In this document: positions 58,194 through 64,000 of the stretch, in pieces
Layout of the letters: every line of letters starts with the position of its first letter
Position numbering within the stretch: the stretch's first letter is position 1
DNA from: Terriglobia bacterium
Lineage (GTDB): Bacteria; Acidobacteriota; Terriglobia; 20CM-2-55-15
Assembly: GCA_965198225.1 (NCBI GenBank)
Contig: CBDAOY010000007.1
Coordinates: 288,001-352,000 of the forward strand
Direction: 5' to 3'
DNA length: 64,000 nucleotides
Made by a program: the position numbers and the translations under genes
Notes under the pieces: generated by a model
The model's database searches: none
What the model was told of the DNA's origin: nothing
Seen by the model: the letters and a program-made list of their open reading frames with translations, nothing else

Positions 58194-60623
58194 TTAGACG
58201 CCGGCAGCCTCGAGTGCGGCAAGCACGCGCTCGTCTCGGAACGGGACCCGACGGATCCGGACGCCGGTCGCATCGTATATGGCGTTTGCGACTGCTGCGA
58301 TCGTCGGCTTGCATGCCGCCTCGCCCGCGCCATAGTGCGGACGATCGGGCCGGTTCGGATTGGGATCTCCGTTCACGAACACGACGTCGATCTGTGCCGG
58401 CGTGTCGGCGTGCCTGAGCGTGGGATGAGATCGCCAGTCCCGGCTGGTCACCTTCTCCGTGTCGAACTGCACCTCCTCGTGGAGGGCGCGGCTCAACCCG
58501 TGGAGCAGGTTGCCCTCGACGGTGTTGCGCAGCCCGTCGGGGTTGACTACCAGTCCGCAATCGTGGGCGCAGACGAGCCGCTTCACCCACACGTGGCCGG
58601 TTTCGCGATTCACCTCGACCTCAGCGATCTCTGCGACAACGGTTTGGCCGCGGTAGCAGTACGCCACGCCACGTCCGGTGAGAATAGTGCCCGTGCCGAG
58701 AGGCTTCGGTGAAGGTCTCCTGTCCCACCCGTACGCCTCTGCTGCCGCCTGGACTACGGCGATTGAGCGGGCCCGCTTGAACCGAGCGTCGTCATCGGTG
58801 CTGGCCCTGAGCATCTTCAAGCGAAAATCGATCGGATCGGCCCCCGCCTCCGCCACGAGTTCGTCGATGAACGATTCGCCGGCGAACGTCGTCTGTGGCC
58901 CGTTGGGATCCCTCAAGTTTCCGGTACGCAGCGGGGTCTCGTAGGCGAGGGGCATGCGCACGACGTGCGTCTGCTGGCGCCGGTTCGGGATGACATACAG
59001 TTCCGAGGGCGGGGAGGCTCCGCCGGGCGCAGTCCGGGCAGGCCGAATCCCCATGAGCTGGGCGATCAACACGGTCTCGGGGTCGTTATAGCCCACGTGA
59101 GCATAGTCGGCGGTTCGGGCCCGGTAGTCCAGAGCGATGAGGTTGCCCTCGGCATCCAATCCGCCTCGCAGGTTGAATGTAAAAGCGGGGCCCTTGGTAT
59201 CCCAAGCCGTCTCCTCGTGCCGCATCCACTGGACTCGAACCGGGCGGCCGATCTCCTTGGCCAGGAAGGCGGCCTCAAAGCCGGCGTCATCGGCCGCGGT
59301 GCGGCCGTACACCTGGGGTCCTTCCATATAGACGACGCGGACCCGGTCCCGCGGCATCTCCAGAAATTCGGCGACGCCGCTTCGCAAGCCGTACGCTTTC
59401 ATGTCATTGGAGTAGATGGTCATCTGACCGTCCGACGGATCGGCCATGGCATGCGCCGGGCCGATGGCCGTGTGCCCCTGGAACGGAACATCGTATTCCG
59501 CTTCGACGACCTTCGCGGCATTTGCCAGCGCTTCGTCGGGGTTCCCTTCCACGTGCGGTACAGGCTCGGGAACGGTGCGGGTGCCCCTGGCCCGGGCGAG
59601 GGAGGTGGGCTCGGCGTTGCGAATGTACGTGAACAGGTTTTCCGATGTCGGGAAGGGCGGTGTCGCCGGCTTCTGCCAGTTTGCTTTGAGCTGTCTGGCC
59701 GCCTTGATCGCCTCCTCTTCCCGCTCGCATACAACCGCGACGTAGTTGCCCTTGCTGACGACCTTGATGAATCCCGGGATGTCCCGGACTGAAGACTCGT
59801 CGATGCTGGTCAGCGTGGCCCCCACCATCGGCGGTCTCACGTTGCGTGCATGAACCATGCCGGGAACAGCGACGCCGACGGCCCATTTCTGCGATCCGTC
59901 CACTTTGGGAGGAATGTCATAGCGTTGGACCGGCCGGCCGACGATCTCTAGGTCCTGCACCGGCTTCACGTTAGCAACCCCGGTCGTCGCATTGATGTTG
60001 TTGCCCGTCAGTGTGACGTTGAACCGTCTTCCGCCGATCAGTTCTCCGTAACTGACCTTCCTGGAGGGATTCGATTTGACGGCGATCTCACCCTCGCTGA
60101 CGGCGAGCTGATCCACCGGCACGCCAAACCGCTCGGATGCGAGCTCCAGCAGGACTCGGCGGGCCTCGGCCGCCACGCGCCGCATGGGCCAGCCATCCCT
60201 CTCGATCGCATCCGAACCGCCCGATCCTCCCTGGTCGACAGTTAGGTCGGTTTGGCCCATGATGAGGTCGGTCTTGTCAAATGCGATGTCCAATTCATCG
60301 CACATCAACTGGCGGAAGGCGGTGCCGGTACCCTGCCCACCGTCGGTCTTTCCGACGTAGAAGGTCGCCGTGTTGTCTTCATGAATCACGATCCACGAAT
60401 CGAGTTGCATTGAATCCGGATCGGGATACGGGCCCGCAGCTTGCGCCACTGCGGCTTGGGCGCTCGAACCCGGGCTGAACCCACCGGCGGTGGCCAGCGT
60501 CGCGGTGCTCAAGCTCACGACGAATAGACCCGACCTCTTGAGGAAGTTCCTTCGGGAGGTCGTCGGGTTCCACTTCTCCAGCACTTCCTGGACTTCTTTC
60601 GGAATGTTCGTGAAGGCTGTCAT
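58194..60623 (-). CDS. Xanthine-dehydrogenase-family molybdopterin subunit (IorB-like), Tat signal
   Basis: SRRNFLK, GQGTGT, AHDCGLVVNP, GAGE and ANAIYDATGVR motifs. Confidence 0.9.
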   Translation of the reverse strand: MTAFTNIPKEVQEVLEKWNPTTSRRNFLKRSGLFVVSLSTATLATAGGFSPGSSAQAAVAQAAGPYPDPDSMQLDSWIVIHEDNTATFYVGKTDGGQGTGTAFRQLMCDELDIAFDKTDLIMGQTDLTVDQGGSGGSDAIERDGWPMRRVAAEARRVLLELASERFGVPVDQLAVSEGEIAVKSNPSRKVSYGELIGGRRFNVTLTGNNINATTGVANVKPVQDLEIVGRPVQRYDIPPKVDGSQKWAVGVAVPGMVHARNVRPPMVGATLTSIDESSVRDIPGFIKVVSKGNYVAVVCEREEEAIKAARQLKANWQKPATPPFPTSENLFTYIRNAEPTSLARARGTRTVPEPVPHVEGNPDEALANAAKVVEAEYDVPFQGHTAIGPAHAMADPSDGQMTIYSNDMKAYGLRSGVAEFLEMPRDRVRVVYMEGPQVYGRTAADDAGFEAAFLAKEIGRPVRVQWMRHEETAWDTKGPAFTFNLRGGLDAEGNLIALDYRARTADYAHVGYNDPETVLIAQLMGIRPARTAPGGASPPSELYVIPNRRQQTHVVRMPLAYETPLRTGNLRDPNGPQTTFAGESFIDELVAEAGADPIDFRLKMLRASTDDDARFKRARSIAVVQAAAEAYGWDRRPSPKPLGTGTILTGRGVAYCYRGQTVVAEIAEVEVNRETGHVWVKRLVCAHDCGLVVNPDGLRNTVEGNLLHGLSRALHEEVQFDTEKVTSRDWRSHPTLRHADTPAQIDVVFVNGDPNPNRPDRPHYGAGEAACKPTIAAVANAIYDATGVRIRRVPFRDERVLAALEAAGV

Positions 60624-61117
60624 GCGACCACCTCCTTGTCGGAACCCGATCCGTTAGCCGCCATCGCCTGCGCGGCACGCTTGATGGCAGCCTGAATGCG
60701 GTAGTACGTCATGCAGCGGCACAGAGTGCTGTTCATCCATTCCCGGATCTCCGCATCGGCCGGATTCGGATTTCGGTCCAGAAGCACCTTGGCAGCCATG
60801 ATCTGCCCGTTCTGGCAGAAGCCGCACTGCGGGACCTGCTCGTCAATCCAGGCTTGCTGCACGGGGTCTAACCCGCCTTCTTTCGATAGCCCTTCGAGCG
60901 TGGTGATTTCGCCTTCAATGCGAGAAGTCGCCGTGACGCACGACCGAATCGCCTCACCATCTACGATCACTGTGCACGCTCCGCACTGCCCGAGTCCGCA
61001 ACCAAAACGTGGACCTTGCAGGCCGAGATCATTGCGCAGGATATAGAGCAGCGGAGTCGACGGGTCGATATCAAAGGTGTGTGTTTCGCCGTTCACCTTC
61101 AATGTGACGTTGCTCAT
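60620..61117 (-). CDS. (2Fe-2S)-binding subunit (IorA-like)
   Basis: GCGLGQCGAC, QCGFCQNG and LCRC motifs; ATGA overlap with the large subunit. Confidence 0.92.
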   Translation of the reverse strand: MSNVTLKVNGETHTFDIDPSTPLLYILRNDLGLQGPRFGCGLGQCGACTVIVDGEAIRSCVTATSRIEGEITTLEGLSKEGGLDPVQQAWIDEQVPQCGFCQNGQIMAAKVLLDRNPNPADAEIREWMNSTLCRCMTYYRIQAAIKRAAQAMAANGSGSDKEVVA

Positions 61118-61245
61118 TTTCTCTCCTGCCGAATGGGTGGACGGATCAAACGATAGCGCCGCGCGAATGAGGGCCGCGGCCACTTGATGATAACGACAAA
61201 CACTAGATGACGCACGGAATACGATACACGCGAAAAAGAAACTCT

Positions 61246-63517
61246 TCAGAAGCTGAACAGATGGGTGAACTTGACGCTCAAGGCTCGATTCAGATCACTG
61301 TTCCCGCTGATACCGCGGCTCTCGTTGTAGACGATGAAGAAGTCGCTCAGGGGATGGTGAATCAAACGGAACCGGATATTCGAGGTGAGGGCCCTCGAGT
61401 CGGTGTTGTACTGAATGAGATTCTGCAGGTACATCTTCGGGGAAAAGGCCAGGGTCAACCGCAGCCGGACAAGATCGGTCAGGAAATCTCCTTCCGGCAG
61501 ATTGATCTTGTTGCGCGACCAGTTCAGTTCCGCTGCCAACCGTGCACTGTGCCGGTAGGTCCCCCCCAACCGGAACTCTCTGCGAGTTCCGGTCCAGAAG
61601 TCCCCGAACCGGATGTTTCCGCCGAGAGAGATCCGTCGACCAGGCGATGACGATGCGTTCAGGTCCCAGTCACCGAAGGAGTAATCACCCGGACGCAGGT
61701 CGATGTCGCGACGAATCTCGAACGCCTCGACCAGCCGTTCGAACGTCTCGTTCCGATTGAGCCGAATCGAATCGCCGTCCTGGGTCATGACGTTGAATCC
61801 GGCCCGGTGGGTTCGCGTGAGCAGCCGATTCATCTGGTCCGTAACGTAGTTGCTTTCGAAGGACGGAAACACCTCCCGTATGAAGCCCGAGCGGGGGCGG
61901 GGTCGGACGCCCGAAGACCTGGCTTTTTCGGATAGCCGGCCGGGGCACGAAGCCGAGATCATTCTGAAAATCTTCCTCGATGGTCAGATACGACGCGCGG
62001 AAGGTGTAGAAGGGGTCGCGATAGGAGCCTTCGAATCGCCCGGCCAGGTTGCGGTCATCTGAACCCGGCGTCTGGCTCTTCATGGCGAAACCCGAAAAGG
62101 ACAGCCGTTGGTTCAGGAACCTGAAGTTCGCATCGAGGCCCCCCGAGCGGTTCCAGTCTCCTGGAGCGCTGGAATCCCGGTTGAAGAGAAAGGTTCCCAC
62201 GTCGGAATTGGACAAGACTTCCCGGCGCAGCCGCACCACGGTCCAATTGTCCGCGGCGACCTCCCCCTGGCTGCCGACCTGTATGTTCAGAAAACCGACA
62301 TTCCAGCCCGCGAGTTTGCCCGTCAGCCGGGCCCCGACGCGAATCGGCAAAGGCTGGGAGTCCGGCCCCAGCCCGATGCGTCGGCTGAAGAACGGGATGA
62401 TGTCGCGTCCGCGGGGGGCACGGCCACCTCGGCCGCCCCGGCCGCCTCCACCTCCGAACCCTCCGGCGGAGCTTCCGATGTCGAAAAGACCCGCATTTTC
62501 GAGAAAGAACTCCCGCTTCTCCGGGAAAAACAGGCTGAACCGTGTCAGGTTGATCTGCTGTTCGTCGGCTTCAACCTGTGAGAAGTCGGTGTTCACCGTC
62601 AGATCCAGTGTGAGCTCCGACGTGACGCCGTACTTGACGTCGAGACCGGCATCGACGTCTTGCTTGTTGAGGAAACCGGTGGTGACATCGGGACGGTAGT
62701 TGCCCACCAGGAACGGCTTGACGTAGAGATTGCGCCCTTGCTGGATCCCTTCCAGCCCCTCCAACGTTCCAGCGATGAACACATTGAAGATGTTGAACGG
62801 ACGCGGGCCGGGGGACCAGAGGGACCGCTCGTTGCGGGAGCGATAGGTTCTCATCACGTTGAAGCCCCAGCGTTGCTCGGGGTTCGCATCCGAAAAACGG
62901 AGGGTCTTGAGAGGTATCGCGAACTCGCTGGTCCATCCCGGAGCTCGGACGTCGGTCGCTACTTCGTAGACACCGTCCCAGTCCTGGTTGCGGTTGCTGC
63001 CTGTGACCTGCTGGTCCCGCTTTGCGCCTCCGGGATTCGTCTGAAACACGAAGCCGTTCCGATCATCGTCAAAGGTGTCGAACATCAACGAAATGACGTC
63101 TCCGGCGCCGGGCGCGAAGTCTTCCGTCAGTTCGTTGATGATCAGCGGGCGCTCCTGGTGGCATACCACGCCGACATACAGGTTCTCGTCGTCATAGAGC
63201 AGACGAAACTCCGTTTCCTCACTGGCCGGGAAGCCGGTCCGTGGCTCCAGCTGATAGAAATCGCCGCCCAGCTCGGCCTGCTGCCAGGCTGCCTCGTCGA
63301 GAACGCCGTCGATGACTATCCGTTCGGAAGTTCGGGTCGCTGTGTAGACCCTTTCCCTGCGGAATGATTCGTAGTCCGTGATCCGGGAGAGCGGGGGTTC
63401 GTCGCCGTCCGTTCCCTGGCCGAAACCGGCAGAGGCGCATGTGATAAGAAAAATGGCCACGCCGGTACCTCGCCCCAGCAGGCGAGCGGTATCCTCTACG
63501 AAATCGTGAATCCGCAT
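61246..63517 (-). CDS. CBM9-like + DUF5916 outer-membrane protein, frameshifted near 61910
   Basis: IDGVLDEAAW, EFAIP, LTVNTDFSQVEAD, FFPEKREFFLE, FFSRRIG; second frame ends with barrel-type terminal Phe (HLFSF). Confidence 0.8.
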
Positions 63518-63788
63518 AGCATCGATGAGCGGTCCGGCCCGTGCTCCCTAACCTTTTTCGTGGGAAGAACTCGCACAAAATGTTACGGAAGGAACGAGTT
63601 GAACGCAATCAAACTGTCGCTTGGCCAGTCACTGGCTCAGTTAGCTCGCAACCGGCTATTCCGTTTGCCAGTGGGACCAGCGCAGCGATCACGGTTCCCG
63701 ACATGTGGATTGTCGCAGCCTGCTGATTCGCTTTTCCGGAGGCGAGGGTGGCGGTTGGAGTTCTCGGCTGGCGATACGAGAGGATGCC

Positions 63789-64000
63789 CTACGGAACGGG
63801 CACGCGTTCCCTCAGTTCTTCAAACCAATTCTCGACGATCCGAATGCTCGTCACTCGCTCCGCCCCCAGCCGGGCAGACTTACCCATCAGGAATCCTTGC
63901 CCGTCGGGGTGCATGTCATAGTTTCTGCTTACGGCGCCACTCTGGTATGCGCCGACAAACAGGGGCCTGGGGCGGCTGCGGGTGAAGGCGGGATCCGTGG
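63789..64000 (-). CDS. C-terminus of another TolB-like propeller protein, probably kinase-fused (partial)
   Basis: Hand translation: ...RPRPLFVGAY...NYDMHPDGQGFLM...IRIVENWFEELRERVPVP*, same tail as kinases B and C. Confidence 0.75.
   Translation of the reverse strand, partial: TDPAFTRSRPRPLFVGAYQSGAVSRNYDMHPDGQGFLMGKSARLGAERVTSIRIVENWFEELRERVPVP

Noticed and set aside
61890-61925. DUF5916 split as two real genes
   Set aside because: The domain continues across the frame change in a GC-rich stretch; likely an indel or sequencing error.

Overview
GC-rich bacterial window. Gene content (DUF1592/DUF1552/ankyrin operon, PQQ dehydrogenase, kinase-TolB fusions with TIGR02999-type ECF sigma factors, Gly/Arg-rich loops in secreted enzymes) suggests Acidobacteriota, but this is inference. 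I recognised no rRNA, tRNA or CRISPR array. Most genes encode secreted or periplasmic enzymes plus a few RNA-modification genes. Three things stand out. (1) An IS-scarred island at ~19-29.7 kb carries a three-gene operon in which every gene has a TIR domain: stand-alone TIR, MinD/ParA-like ATPase-TIR, and TIR-TM-WD40. It is the best candidate for an undescribed defence or conflict signalling system. (2) A tandemly duplicated, partly decayed Ser/Thr kinase - ECF sigma - secreted HExxH protein array at 39.5-51.4 kb, with a divergently transcribed secreted atypical-kinase-like gene. (3) A layer of small non-coding elements: GTAG-type REP palindromes that were hit by an IS4 and a MITE, an IS1634 inside another hairpin repeat, an IS1111-type IS110 with a long 3' non-coding tail, and two ~270-bp MITE-like elements that share a covarying structured core but have different terminal repeats. 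Several frameshifts may be sequencing errors. All family calls come from reading motifs by eye, not from database searches.
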